Assembly (NCBI GenBank): GCA_965365655.1
Contig: CBDUCN010000001.1
Coordinates: forward strand, 1 to 59,985
Direction: 5' to 3'
From: an uncultured Gammaproteobacteria bacterium
Lineage (GTDB): Bacteria; Pseudomonadota; Gammaproteobacteria; HK1
Length of the DNA stretch: 59,985 bases
The translations under genes were made by a program, and so were the position numbers. Position 1 is the first letter of the stretch. Each line of letters starts with the position of its first letter. The notes beneath the pieces were generated by a model. It did no database searches. It worked only from the letters and a program-made list of their open reading frames with translations, and was not told the DNA's origin. Positions 37,167 through 47,400 of the stretch are shown here, one piece after another.

Positions 37167-37438
37167 GCCGTTCGGGACCGTGGGCGCCGGGGCGCCCGGG
37201 CCGGGCTCGCGTTACCACCCGGTTTCGCCGCGCCCTCGCGGAGCGCGGCCTCGATGCGTGATCCCTTCGGGGGCACGCGGGTCCGGTGTCGGGGACCAGC
37301 CGGCCGGGCCTACTGGCGCGCGGGCGCGCGTTCGGGCGGCGGCTCGAGGGGGATCTTCTCCGGTGCGCGGCCCGGAGCTTCCACCGTCCTCCGATCGCTG
37401 CCGCCGCGGGATGCCGGGTACTCGGCCCTGTCATCGCC
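37111..37438 (-). promoter_or_regulatory. T-box riboswitch leader (Stem I with K-turn, specifier loop and distal T-loop platform; Stem II region; Stem III; T-box/antiterminator; terminator) with Ile specifier
   Basis: Minus-strand reading: closing helix GGC/GCC with GAUGA//CGA K-turn (37438-37431 and 37346-37341). GAGUA at 37423-37419. AGCGA bulge at 37399-37395. Distal loop GACGGUGGAAG at 37388-37378. AGAAGAUCC with AUC at 37354-37352. Stem III GCCGCGC...GCGCGGC at 37249-37227. AAACCGGGUGGUAACGCG at 37225-37208. Terminator hairpin at 37166-37119. Confidence 0.8.
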
Positions 37439-37450
37439 TCAGGGGCCGGA

Positions 37451-37478
37451 ATTCTACTGGCGGCCGGGCCAATTACAA
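37451..37478 (-). promoter_or_regulatory. Candidate sigma70 promoter for the ileS leader
   Basis: Minus strand TTGTAA (37478-37473) - 16 nt - TAGAAT (37456-37451). The predicted start site falls a few nt upstream of the Stem I K-turn. Confidence 0.4.
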
Positions 37479-37653
37479 CGCCGCGCGTGCCGGCTACACG
37501 TTTGTTTCGTGGATCCGGGCGCGGCGGTGCGGACCGGTTCACCCTTCGTTCAGTCCACGTGCTGTTAGCTTGTATGCATCAGACAACCGATGCGGCGTGC
37601 GACCGCACCCGCACGTGTAACGCGAACATCGCGAACATCTCAGGGAGACTCTC

Positions 37654-38103
37654 GTGAACAAAGCGATCGTAATCCTGCTGGCCGCCGGCGCCGTGGGTGT
37701 GACCGGCTGCCAGGAAGTGCGCAACGAGCACGTGGGCATGGGCGTCGGCGGCGCCCTCGGCGGACTCCTGGGCGCTCAGGTGGGAGGCGGCCGCGGGCAG
37801 CTCGCCGCGACCGCGGCCGGCGCGCTGCTCGGCGCGTACCTCGGCGGCAACGTGGGGCGCAGCATGGACCAGGTCGACCGTCTCAACGCGCAGCGCACAC
37901 TGGAGGGCACGCCGACCGGGCAGAGCACCGCCTGGCAGAACCCCGACAGCGGCAACCGGTACGAGGTCACGCCCACGCGCACCTACCAGGAGGAGGGCCG
38001 GCCGTGTCGCGAGTACACCACAGAGGCGTGGATCGACGGCCGGCGCGAGACCCTCAGAGGAACCGCGTGCCGGGAGCCTGACGGGAGCTGGCGCGCGATC
38101 TGA
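37654..38103 (+). CDS. Outer-membrane lipoprotein with glycine-zipper (17-kDa surface antigen/SlyB-like) N-domain and small C-terminal surface-antigen-like domain
   Basis: GTG start with GGGAGA RBS. Lipobox LLAAGAVGVTGC, glycine zipper GMGVGGALGGLLGAQVGGG...GALLGAYLGG, and C-terminal CREYTTEAWIDGRRETLRGTACREPDGSW. Confidence 0.8.
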   Translation: MNKAIVILLAAGAVGVTGCQEVRNEHVGMGVGGALGGLLGAQVGGGRGQLAATAAGALLGAYLGGNVGRSMDQVDRLNAQRTLEGTPTGQSTAWQNPDSGNRYEVTPTRTYQEEGRPCREYTTEAWIDGRRETLRGTACREPDGSWRAI

Positions 38104-38105
38104 CG

Positions 38106-38125
38106 CGACGCGCGGCCGCGCGTCG
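38106..38125 (+). terminator. Perfect 20-nt GC palindrome immediately after the lipoprotein stop (hairpin, no U-tract)
   Basis: CGACGCGCGGCCGCGCGTCG read directly. Starts 3 nt after the TGA at 38101-38103. Confidence 0.3.
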
Positions 38126-38220
38126 TATTGATGTTCGGACAGGACCGCCCCGCGCCGGGCCGGTCACCCCCGGGAGCCCGGTAACCGCACACGAATGCCG
38201 CGCGTCGCGGCGCGCGCGAC

Positions 38221-38251
38221 GATCCGGCAGCGGCATCGCCGCTGCCGGATC
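38221..38251. repeat. Perfect 14-bp inverted repeat with 3-nt spacer (GATCCGGCAGCGGC-ATC-GCCGCTGCCGGATC)
   Basis: Read directly in the 510-bp intergenic region upstream of the HU gene. Confidence 0.6.
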
Positions 38252-38613
38252 TCCTCAAGTCACATCCGTAGCCACGTTCAGTCGCCGATCGGTGTCGTGG
38301 GACGCCGACCCGTCGGCTCGTCCCCCGCGTTTCCCGTGTCGAAAGGGCGGGCGGGCGTGCGCGCCGCGAGTGTCGCGACGACGCGGTCACCGTCGCGGCA
38401 GTCGGAACACGTCTTCGGGTGCGCGCCGCCGATCGTGCCGGAGCCTTTAATTCAAGGGGCGATTCGCGACTTTCCGCTTTCTTTCCCGGTGATGCGTGTT
38501 TATGATCGCGCGCGCCTCCGGGGGGAGACGAAGGCGACCCCGACGCCTCAGAGGCCAATCCAGCACCCACATCCAACCAACGAACTCGCACGTTTTCGTG
38601 TAGGGAGAATTTC

Positions 38614-38940
38614 ATGGCAAAAGCCACCGCCATCAAGGACCCGCTGACAAAGACTCAGCTGCTCACGACCCTCGCCGAGGAGACCGGGCTGTCGAAGAAG
38701 GAGTGCAGCGTCGTCCTCGACGAGCTGTCGAACGTCATTCACCGCCACCTCAAGAAGCGCGGCGCCGGCACGTTCACGATGCCCGGCATGTTCAAGATCA
38801 AGACTCAGCGCAAGCCGGCGACCAAGGCGCGCAAGGGCATCAACCCGTTCACCGGCGAGGAGACGATGTTCAAGGCCAAGCCTGCGCGCACCGTGGTGAA
38901 GGTGCAGCCGCTGAAGGCCCTGAAGGACATGGTGGAATGA
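38614..38940 (+). CDS. HU/IHF-family DNA-binding protein (long form, 108 aa)
   Basis: LTKTQLLTTLAEETGLSKKECSVVLDELSNVIHRHLKK..GTFTMPGMFKIKTQRKPATKARKGINPFTGEETMFKAKPA shows the typical HU fold pattern. GGGAGA RBS. Confidence 0.85.
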   Translation: MAKATAIKDPLTKTQLLTTLAEETGLSKKECSVVLDELSNVIHRHLKKRGAGTFTMPGMFKIKTQRKPATKARKGINPFTGEETMFKAKPARTVVKVQPLKALKDMVE

Positions 38941-38971
38941 CGCGCAGCTGAAGGCGCGTGAGCGAATCGGG

Positions 38972-39000
38972 AACCCCGCCGTACGGCGGGGTTTTCGTTT
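38972..39000 (+). terminator. Rho-independent terminator after the HU gene (possibly bidirectional with dapD)
   Basis: AACCCCGCC-GTAC-GGCGGGGTT stem-loop followed by TTTTCGTTT. Lies between the convergent HU (stop 38940) and dapD (stop 39019) genes. Confidence 0.7.
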
Positions 39001-39018
39001 GCGCGGCGGCGACCCGCT

Positions 39019-39840
39019 TCAGATGTCGCGCAGCAGCGCGTTGATGCCCACCTTGGCGCGCGTCTTCTCGTCCACGCGCTTCACGATGACCGCGCAGTAC
39101 AGGCTGTAGCGGCCGTCGGCCGACGGCAGGTTGCCGGAGACCACCACGGACCCGGCGGGGATGCGGCCGTAGAGGATCTCGTCGCGTTCGCGGTCGTAGA
39201 TCCGCGTGGACTGCCCGATGTACACGCCCATCGAGATGACCGATCCGGCCTCGACGATCACGCCCTCGACGATCTCCGAGCGCGCGCCGATGAAGCAGTC
39301 GTCCTCGATGATCGTGGGCGCGGCCTGCAGCGGCTCGAGAACGCCGCCGATGCCGACCCCGCCCGACAGGTGCACGTTCCTGCCGATCTGCGCGCACGAG
39401 CCGACCGTCGCCCAGGTGTCCACCATCGTGCCCGAGTCGACGTACGCGCCCAGGTTCACGTAGGACGGCATCAGCACCACGCCCGGCGCCACGTAGGCGC
39501 CGTAGCGCGCCACCGCCGGCGGCACCACCCGCACGCCGGAGGCGCGCAGCTCCTGGTCGCCCATCTGCCCGAACTTCGACGGCACCTTGTCGAAGTAGCG
39601 CGTGAAGCCGCCGTCCATCGCCGCGTTGTCGGTCAGCCGGAACGACAGCAGCACCGCCTTCTTCAGCCACTCGTTGACCTGCCACTCGCCGTCGCGCTTT
39701 TCCGCGACTCGCGCCTTGCCGGAGTCGAGCAGGGCGAGCGCATCGTCGACTGCCTCGCGCACCGAGGGCTCCGCATTCAGGGGCTGGATGTCGGCGCGAC
39801 GCTCGAACGCGTCCTCGATGACGGCCTGCAGGTCGCTCAT
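39019..39840 (-). CDS. dapD: 2,3,4,5-tetrahydropyridine-2,6-dicarboxylate N-succinyltransferase
   Basis: 273 aa starting [18 protein letters not shown], with left-handed beta-helix hexapeptide repeats ([40 protein letters not shown]). Colinear with DapD. Confidence 0.95.
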   Translation of the reverse strand: MSDLQAVIEDAFERRADIQPLNAEPSVREAVDDALALLDSGKARVAEKRDGEWQVNEWLKKAVLLSFRLTDNAAMDGGFTRYFDKVPSKFGQMGDQELRASGVRVVPPAVARYGAYVAPGVVLMPSYVNLGAYVDSGTMVDTWATVGSCAQIGRNVHLSGGVGIGGVLEPLQAAPTIIEDDCFIGARSEIVEGVIVEAGSVISMGVYIGQSTRIYDRERDEILYGRIPAGSVVVSGNLPSADGRYSLYCAVIVKRVDEKTRAKVGINALLRDI

Positions 39841-40015
39841 GACTCGGGTCTCCTCGGCGGTGTCGGCGGAAGGCTATGGCGGCGGAATGCTATCAGGATG
39901 GTCGTCAGGGCCGGAACGCACGCGGCGATCTCGCCGGACCCCGGGGAGTCCCCGTGCCGCGCACCCCTCGTTCCGGCGCCGGGCCGGTGGCGCCCGCAGT
40001 GCACGCGCGCGGGAT

Positions 40016-41095
40016 TCAGGGCGCGGCGCCGTGGCGCGCGAGGGCCCACGCGACGTGCTCGCGTACCACGGGGCTCGCGTCGCCGGCGCGCCGGCGCAGA
40101 GCGTCGACGATCCCGGGCGACGTGGGGGCGTTGCCCAGCGCCACTGCGACGTTGCGCAGGAAGCGCTCGTGGCCGATGCGCCGGATGGCGCTGCCGGCGA
40201 AGCGCTGCTCGAAGGACGCCGCGTCCATGGCGAACAGCGCGACGAGTGCCGGGGCGTCGAGCCCGTCGCGGGGTGCGAAGTCCGCCTCGGACGTCGGCGT
40301 CGCGAAGCGGTTCCACGGGCACACGAGCTGGCAGTCGTCGCAGCCGTAGATGCGGTTGCCCAGCGCCGCGCGCAGCGGCTCCGGGATCGACCCCGGGTGC
40401 TCGATGGTCAGGTAGGAGATGCAGCGCCGTGCATCCAGCTCGTACGGCGCGGTGATCGCGCCGGTGGGGCAGGCCGCGATGCACGCGTCGCAGCGTCCGC
40501 AGTGGTCCTGCGAGTGCGGCGCGTCGGCGGGCAGCTCGAGGTCGGTGTACATCTCGGCGAGGAAGAACCAGGAGCCGGCGCCGCGGTTGATCAGGTTGGT
40601 GTGCTTTCCGATCCAGCCGAGCCCGGCGTTGCGCGCGAGCGGCTTCTCGAGCACAGGCGCGCTGTCGCTGTAGCAGCGGTACCGGAACGGGCCGACGGCG
40701 TCCTCGATGCGGTCGGCGAGGCGCTGCAGCCGCATGCGCATGACCTTGTGATAGTCGCGGCCGAGCGCGTAGCGCGAGACGTACCCGAGCTCCGGGCGCC
40801 CCAGCACCTCGCCGGGCGCCTGCGCGTCGCGCGGCCAGTAGTCGAGGCGCGCGCTGATCACGCTCACGGTGCCGGGCAGCAGCTCCGCGGGACGCGAGCG
40901 CCGTGTCCCGTGGCGCGCCATCCACTGCATCTCGCCGTGGCGGCCGTCGGCCAGCCATGCGAGCAGGCGCCGCTCGTCGTCGGCGAGGTCCACCCCCGTG
41001 ATCCCGACCTGCTGCAGGCCCAGCTCCCGGCCCCAGGCGCGGATCGCGGCGGGGAGATCGGGTGGCGCGGAGCGTGCCGGCGGGCGCGCGCTCAC
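40016..41095 (-). CDS. queG: tRNA epoxyqueuosine(34) reductase
   Basis: 359 aa with 4Fe-4S motifs [16 protein letters not shown] and [11 protein letters not shown], plus a C-terminal HEAT-like region. Confidence 0.9.
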   Translation of the reverse strand: MSARPPARSAPPDLPAAIRAWGRELGLQQVGITGVDLADDERRLLAWLADGRHGEMQWMARHGTRRSRPAELLPGTVSVISARLDYWPRDAQAPGEVLGRPELGYVSRYALGRDYHKVMRMRLQRLADRIEDAVGPFRYRCYSDSAPVLEKPLARNAGLGWIGKHTNLINRGAGSWFFLAEMYTDLELPADAPHSQDHCGRCDACIAACPTGAITAPYELDARRCISYLTIEHPGSIPEPLRAALGNRIYGCDDCQLVCPWNRFATPTSEADFAPRDGLDAPALVALFAMDAASFEQRFAGSAIRRIGHERFLRNVAVALGNAPTSPGIVDALRRRAGDASPVVREHVAWALARHGAAP

Positions 41096-41291
41096 CCGGG
41101 GCAGCCCGCGGCGCCGGCCCGCCGCCCGCGCGCGCGGGTCTTCGCGCTCCGGCAGCGCCCGTGCGGGGCGGGGAATCCGCTGTCTTGCATTCGACGCATC
41201 CGCTATCCTAGAGCGTTGTCGCGCGTCCGTCCCGAGCGGGCTGCGCAGGCGGGCTCACAGCCCCACCCCACAGCCGACCCGAGCGAGGCCC

Positions 41292-41939
41292 ATGGACGCA
41301 TTCACCCGGCTCAACGGTATCGCGGTGCCGATCGATCGCGCGAACGTCGACACCGACGCGATCATCCCCAAGCAGTACCTGAAGTCGATCAAGCGCACGG
41401 GCTTCGGGCCCGCGCTGTTCGACGAGTGGCGCTACCTCGATACCGGCCAGCCGGACATGGACCACTCCAAGCGCCCGCTGAACCCGGACTTCGTGCTCAA
41501 CCAGGAGCGCTACCGGGGCGCGCAGGTGCTCGTCGCACGTCGCAACTTCGGCTGCGGGTCCAGCCGCGAACACGCGCCGTGGGCGCTCACCGACTTCGGC
41601 ATCCGCTGCATCATCGCGCCCAGCTTCGGCGACATCTTCTTCAGCAACTGCTTCAAGAACGGGCTGCTGCCCGTGGTGCTCGACGAGGACGCGGTGGACG
41701 AGCTGATTCGCGCGATCGAGGCCCAGCCCGGCTACCGCCTCGAGGTGGACCTGGAGCAGCAGACGGTGACGCGGCCGGACGGCGAGGTGCTGCACTTCGA
41801 CGTCGAGCCGTTCCGCAAGCAGTGCATGCTCGAGGGGCTTGACGAGATCGGCCTCACCCTGCAGCGGCGCAAGGACATCGAGGCCTACGAGGAACGCCGG
41901 CGCCGGGAGGCTCCGTGGCTGTTCGGTCTGCAGGGCTGA
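41292..41939 (+). CDS. leuD: 3-isopropylmalate dehydratase small subunit
   Basis: [39 protein letters not shown]...[15 protein letters not shown]. Start at ATG 41292 inside track ORF 40869..41939. Confidence 0.95.
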   Translation: MDAFTRLNGIAVPIDRANVDTDAIIPKQYLKSIKRTGFGPALFDEWRYLDTGQPDMDHSKRPLNPDFVLNQERYRGAQVLVARRNFGCGSSREHAPWALTDFGIRCIIAPSFGDIFFSNCFKNGLLPVVLDEDAVDELIRAIEAQPGYRLEVDLEQQTVTRPDGEVLHFDVEPFRKQCMLEGLDEIGLTLQRRKDIEAYEERRRREAPWLFGLQG

Positions 41940-41943
41940 GCGC

Positions 41944-43017
41944 ATGACCCGCAAGATCCTGATCCTGGCCGGCGACGGCATCGGCCCCGAGATCGTCGCC
42001 GAGGCGGAGGCGGTGCTGGGGGCGCTCGGCGCCGCCGGCGACCTCGACCTGAGCATCGAGCACGCGCTGGTCGGCGGCGCCGCGGTGGACGCCGAGGGCG
42101 ATCCGCTGCCCGAGAGCACCCTCGCGCTCGCGCGCGACGCGGACGCGGTGCTGCTGGGCGCGGTGGGCGGCCCGAAGTGGGACGCCAACGAGCGCGCGAA
42201 GCGCCCCGAGCAGGGGCTGCTGCGCCTGCGCGCGGCGCTGGACACCTTCTCCAACCTGCGTCCCGCGATCGCCTATCCGCAGCTCGTCGCGGCGTCGTCG
42301 CTGAAGCCCGAGCTGGTGTCCGGGCTGGACATCATGATCGTGCGCGAGCTCACCAGCGGCATCTACTTCGGTCAGCCGCGGGGGGTGCGCACCAACGCGT
42401 ACGGCGAGCGCGAGGGCTTCAACACCCTCGTGTACTCCGAGTCGCAGATCGAGCGTATCTGCCGCTCCGCGTTCGACATCGCGAGCAAGCGCGACGGGCG
42501 CGTGTGCTCCGTGGACAAGGCCAACGTGCTCGAGGTGAGCGAGCTGTGGCGGGACGTGGCCGAGCGCGTGGCGCGCGACTACCCGAAGGTGTCCCTGAGC
42601 CACCTGTACGTGGACAACGCGGCGATGCAGCTGGTGCGGGCTCCGAAGCAGTTCGACGTCATCGTGACCACCAACATGTTCGGGGACATCCTGTCGGACC
42701 TGGCGTCGATGCTCGCGGGATCCATCGGGATGCTGCCCTCGGCGTCGCTGAACGCCGAGGCGCGCGGGATCTACGAGCCCATCCACGGCGCGGCCCCCGA
42801 CATCGCCGGGCAGGGGGTCGCGAATCCGCTCGCGACCATCCTGTCGGTGGCGATGATGCTGCGCTACTCGCTGGACGAGGCCGAGCAGGCGGCGCGCATC
42901 GAGCGGGCGGTGGGTGCGGTGCTGGAGCAGGGCCTGCGCACGCGCGACATCGCCCCGGCGGGCGCGAACGTGGTCGGCACGCGGGAGATGGGCGCGGCCG
43001 TGGTGGCGGCGCTCTGA
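41944..43017 (+). CDS. leuB: 3-isopropylmalate dehydrogenase
   Basis: [18 protein letters not shown]..., [25 protein letters not shown]. Start at ATG 41944. Confidence 0.95.
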   Translation: MTRKILILAGDGIGPEIVAEAEAVLGALGAAGDLDLSIEHALVGGAAVDAEGDPLPESTLALARDADAVLLGAVGGPKWDANERAKRPEQGLLRLRAALDTFSNLRPAIAYPQLVAASSLKPELVSGLDIMIVRELTSGIYFGQPRGVRTNAYGEREGFNTLVYSESQIERICRSAFDIASKRDGRVCSVDKANVLEVSELWRDVAERVARDYPKVSLSHLYVDNAAMQLVRAPKQFDVIVTTNMFGDILSDLASMLAGSIGMLPSASLNAEARGIYEPIHGAAPDIAGQGVANPLATILSVAMMLRYSLDEAEQAARIERAVGAVLEQGLRTRDIAPAGANVVGTREMGAAVVAAL

Positions 43018-43144
43018 GCCGCCGTTCTCCGTTCCGGCGCGCCGTGACGAGCGCCGGCCTCCGGCGGGCGGCGGCGAGAGCGCGGCCGCACGACGGGCAA
43101 TCAGGCGGGACGTCGTCCCGCTCCAGACCTGGGGCAGCGAGCGA

Positions 43145-44167
43145 ATGAGCAACCAGTACAGCGTGGCGGTGGTCGGTGCGACCGGAGCGGTCGGCGAGGC
43201 GATGATCGACGTGCTCGCGCAGCGGGATTTCCCGGTCAGCGAGCTTTTCCCGCTGGCGAGCACGCGCTCCGCCGGCAGCACGGTGATGTTCAGGGGGCGC
43301 AGCCACCGGGTGGGCGTGCTCGAGGAGTTCGATTTCTCGAAGGCGCAGATCGCGCTGTTCTCGGCCGGCGCGTCGGTGTCGGCGGAGTACGCGCCGAAGG
43401 CGGGCGCCGCGGGTTGCGTGGTGATCGACAACAGCTCGCAGTTCCGCTACGAGCCGGACATCCCGCTGGTGGTGCCCGAGGTGAATCCGGGGGACACGGC
43501 CCGCTACACCGCGCGCAACATCATCGCGAACCCGAACTGCTCGACCATCCAGATGCTGGTCGCGCTGAAGCCGCTGCACGACGCGGCCGGCATCGAGCGC
43601 ATCAACGTCGCGACGTACCAGTCCGTGTCCGGCACCGGCAAGGAGGCCATCGAGGAGCTGGCCGGACAGACCGCGGCACTGCTCAACGGCCAGGGGGCGA
43701 CGCCGAAGGTCTACCCGAAGCAGATCGCGTTCAACGTGCTGCCCCACATCGACGTGTTCCTGGACAACGGGTACACGAAGGAAGAGATGAAGATGGTGTG
43801 GGAGACGCGCAAGATCATGGGCGACGACAGCATCCAGGTGAACGCGACCTGCGTGCGGGTGCCGGTGTTCTACGGGCACTCCGAGGCGGTGCACCTCGAG
43901 ACCCGCGAGAAGCTGACCGCCGCGCGGGCCCGGGAGCTGCTCGCCGCGGCTCCGGGAATCGTGGTCATGGACGAGGCGCGCGACGGCGGCTACCCGACCG
44001 CGGTGAGCGAGTCTGCGGGCACCGACCCGGTGTTCGTGGGCCGGATCCGGGAGGACATCTCCCATCCCCGCGGGCTGGATCTGTGGGTGGTCGCCGACAA
44101 CGTCCGCAAGGGTGCAGCCCTGAATAGTGTGCAAATCGCCGAGATTTTGGTAAAAGACTTTCTATAA
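43145..44167 (+). CDS. asd: Aspartate-semialdehyde dehydrogenase
   Basis: VAVVGATGAVGEAM, NPNCSTIQMLVALKPL (active-site Cys), VRVPVFYGHSEAV. Confidence 0.95.
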   Translation: MSNQYSVAVVGATGAVGEAMIDVLAQRDFPVSELFPLASTRSAGSTVMFRGRSHRVGVLEEFDFSKAQIALFSAGASVSAEYAPKAGAAGCVVIDNSSQFRYEPDIPLVVPEVNPGDTARYTARNIIANPNCSTIQMLVALKPLHDAAGIERINVATYQSVSGTGKEAIEELAGQTAALLNGQGATPKVYPKQIAFNVLPHIDVFLDNGYTKEEMKMVWETRKIMGDDSIQVNATCVRVPVFYGHSEAVHLETREKLTAARARELLAAAPGIVVMDEARDGGYPTAVSESAGTDPVFVGRIREDISHPRGLDLWVVADNVRKGAALNSVQIAEILVKDFL

Positions 44168-44464
44168 GCTATAGTTAGTACATAATCATAAAGAGAATTC
44201 TTACGTCGCAGACGCGGCCGGGCAGCCGGTCAGGGGGCCGTTCGCCGGGAAGGCGAGGCAGGCCCGATGACTCCCGGCGGCGAGGCCGCGGCAAGTGTTG
44301 AGGGGGCACCGTGGCGCAGATGCGCGAGGCGTGCAGTCGGACGGTTCCCGCCATGGCGGTGTCGGCCGGGGGTCACGGGCCCGCGGGTACCGGTGCCGGT
44401 GGAGATTTCACAACGTGACGACTGCGGCACCGCTGCCGCGGCCCGACCATTCGCGAATGCGCCA

Positions 44465-47400
44465 ATGATCCGAAAAACCGTCCTGGCGGCCACCGTCGCC
44501 GCGCTGCTCGTCCCGGCGGTCGCCAATGCGCTGGGCCTCGGCAACATCCAGGTCGAGTCCGGCCTCAACGAGCCCCTGCGGGCGCGCATCCCGGTGCGCG
44601 GCGCGGGGCCAGGCGAGCTCCAGGAGCTCAACGCCGCACTCGGCGATGAGGAGCAGTTCCAGCGCGCCGGCCTCGAGCGGGTGTTCGAGCTGACCCGCCT
44701 GCGCTTCAAGGTCGTGGAGACCAGCGGCGACGCCGGATACATCGAGGTGACCACGCCGGGGCCGGTCGCCGAGCCGTTCCTGAACTTCCTGGTGGACGTG
44801 GTCTGGTCGCGCGGTCGGGTGCTGCGCGAGTACACGGTGCTGCTGGACCCACCGGTCTACGGGGCCGCGATCAGCTCCGCGATGCAGCAGCGGGTGCAGA
44901 CCGTGGACACCCTGCCGGAGACGGCGGCGCCGCAGCGCACGCCGTCACCGCCGCCCGCGGTCGCGCCCCCCACGCCGCCGCGCGCCGCTGCGCCGCCGCG
45001 CGTCGCGCCGCCGCCGGTCGCCGCCGCGCCGCGCTACAGCGGCGACAGCTACGGTCCGGTGCGCGACGGCGAGACCCTGTGGTCGATCGCCGACCGCATT
45101 CGTCCGGCGGGGGCCAGCATCCAGAGCATGATGCTCGCGCTGCTGGAAGCGAACCCTGAAGCGTTCACCATCGAGAACATCAACGCGCTGCGCACCGGCG
45201 CGGTGCTGCGCATTCCGCCGGCCAGCGAGCTGCTGGACGACAAGGCGACCGCGCTGGCCGAGGTCGCCAGCCAGCACGCGCTGTGGGAGGAGTACCGGCA
45301 GTCGCTGACCGGCGCCGTGACCGCGCAGCCGGGGCGCGCGGGGTCCATGGAGCCGGCGCCGTCGGCGCCGGCCGCGCCGGCCGCGGCATCCACGACGCCG
45401 CCCGCGGACGGCGCGCGCTCGAAGCTCGAGCTGCTGGGCGCCGGCGCGGCGGGCGCGGGCGCCGCCGGGACCGGCGGCGACGCGGCCCTCGCGCGGCTGC
45501 GCGACGAGCTGAGCGTGGCACAGGAGGAAGCCGACGCCGCGAGGCAGCAGAACACGGAGCTGCGCTCGCGCCTCGGCGAGGCCGAATCGCTGGTCGACGA
45601 CCTGAAACGACTGGTGGAGCTGAAGGAGGAGCAGCTCGCCGATCTCCAGAACCAGCTCGCGCGGGCGGAGGCGGCGCCGCCGGCGCCGCCGGTGGAAACC
45701 GCCCCGGCCCCCACCGTGGCGGCGCCGGCGCAGCCCGCCGAGCCTCCCGCGGTCAGCGAGCCGCCTGCGGCCGCGGAACCGGCCGCGCCCAAGAAGCCCA
45801 GGCGCGCGCCGCCGCCGCCGCCGCCGCCGGCGCCGACGTCGTTCCTGGACGAGATCAACGCGATGCTGCCGGTGCCGCTGTGGTCGGTGCTGGGCGGCCT
45901 GGGCGCGTTGCTGGTGGGCCTCGGGGGCCTGGGCTGGGCACGGCGACGCAAGAAGGCCGCGGCCGACGAGGGTGCGGAGCAGGAGACCGAGCCCACCCGC
46001 GGCTCGATGATCGACCAGTACGCGCGTACCGAGCTGCCCGTCGAGGAGGACGAGGACGCGACCCAGATGCCGGCGGCAGCGGCCGCCGCCGCGGCCGTGG
46101 CGGCGCACGAGGAGGCGGACGAGGAGCGCACCCAGATCGGGGCGCCGGTGGCTCCGCCTCCGTCCGCGGCAGCGCCGCCGGCCGAGGACGAGGAGGATCC
46201 CCTCGCCGAGGTGAACGTCTACCTGGCCTACGAGCGCTTCGACCAGGCCGAGCAGCTCGTGCGCGACGCGGTGGAGCGCTATCCGGAGCGCAACGACTAC
46301 CGCCTCAAGCTGCTCGAGGTGTTCTACGCGGCGAAGAACGTCGCGGGCTTCGAGACCGCTGCCGCCGCGCTGCGGGACGTCGTGGGCGACGAAGACTCGC
46401 TGATGCAGCAGGCGCGTGACTGGTGGGACGACCTCGACACCGGGCGGGCGCTGCTGTCGCCGGAAGGCGCAGGTCCTGACACCGCGCGCACGCCGCCGAG
46501 CGCCACTGACGAGAGCGACGTGTTCGACGTCACCGCCGGTGCCGGGTCCGGCACCGAGGTGGGCGACGAGACCGGCGTGGACTTCGACCTCGGCTTCGAG
46601 GGCGGAGAGAAGACCGAGGCGCCCAGCGGGCTCGATTTCGACCTCGGCAGCGACGAAGGCGAGGGCGAGGCGGGTAGCCTCGACTTCGACCTCGGCGATC
46701 TGGGCGTGCAGCCCGAGGAGCCTGAGGCCGGCGCCGCGGCGAAACGCGAGTCGTCGGACACCGGCCTGGACTTCGACCTCGCTGCGGGCGCGGCGCCCGG
46801 GGAGGAAAGCGGCGGCACGGGCCTCGACTTCGACCTCGGCGATCTGGGCGAGACGCAGGCGGGCGAGACGCAGACCGACAAGACGGCGCCGCTCGCGCCG
46901 GGCGGATCGATCCCCGAGCGCGTCGGCGGCGCGGACGAGGAGATGGACTTCGACCTCACCGGTCTGGACGACGGCTCGCAGACCCTGGACGCCGAGCGCG
47001 GCGGCGAGGGTGCGCAGTCGCTGGACTTCGAGGCGGGCAGCGGTGCGGAGGAGCGCACCGCGCGCCAGGGCGAGGCCGGCGAGGAGAGCGGTCTCGACTT
47101 CGACCTCAGCGACACCATGACCATGGACTCGGACGCGCTGGAACGGGTCAAGGCGGAAGACGATCTGCCGGAAGAGCCGCCCGAGAGCGGCGGTGAGGAC
47201 AGCGGTCTGGACTTCGACCTCAGCGACACCACGGTGTTCGGGGGCGGTGCGGACGCGGCGCAGGGCGACGCGACGGAGGTCGCGGCGGACTCCGACCTCG
47301 ACTTCGACCTCGGTGACCTCGGCGACGAGGACAAGGCGCCCGCGGCCGGCGCCGCCGAGGCGCCGGAGGACACCAGGGCGGAGCTCGATTTCGACCTCGG

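Noticed and set aside
37090-37542. 151-codon N-terminal extension of the ileS ORF (track start 37542).
   Set aside because: The extension is R/P/A-rich with no IleRS homology. The conserved IleRS N-terminus begins at ATG 37089, and the region folds into the T-box leader.
44267-44464. 66-codon upstream extension of the fimV ORF.
   Set aside because: The sequence is not FimV-like and has no signal peptide. The conserved signal peptide and N-domain start at ATG 44465.
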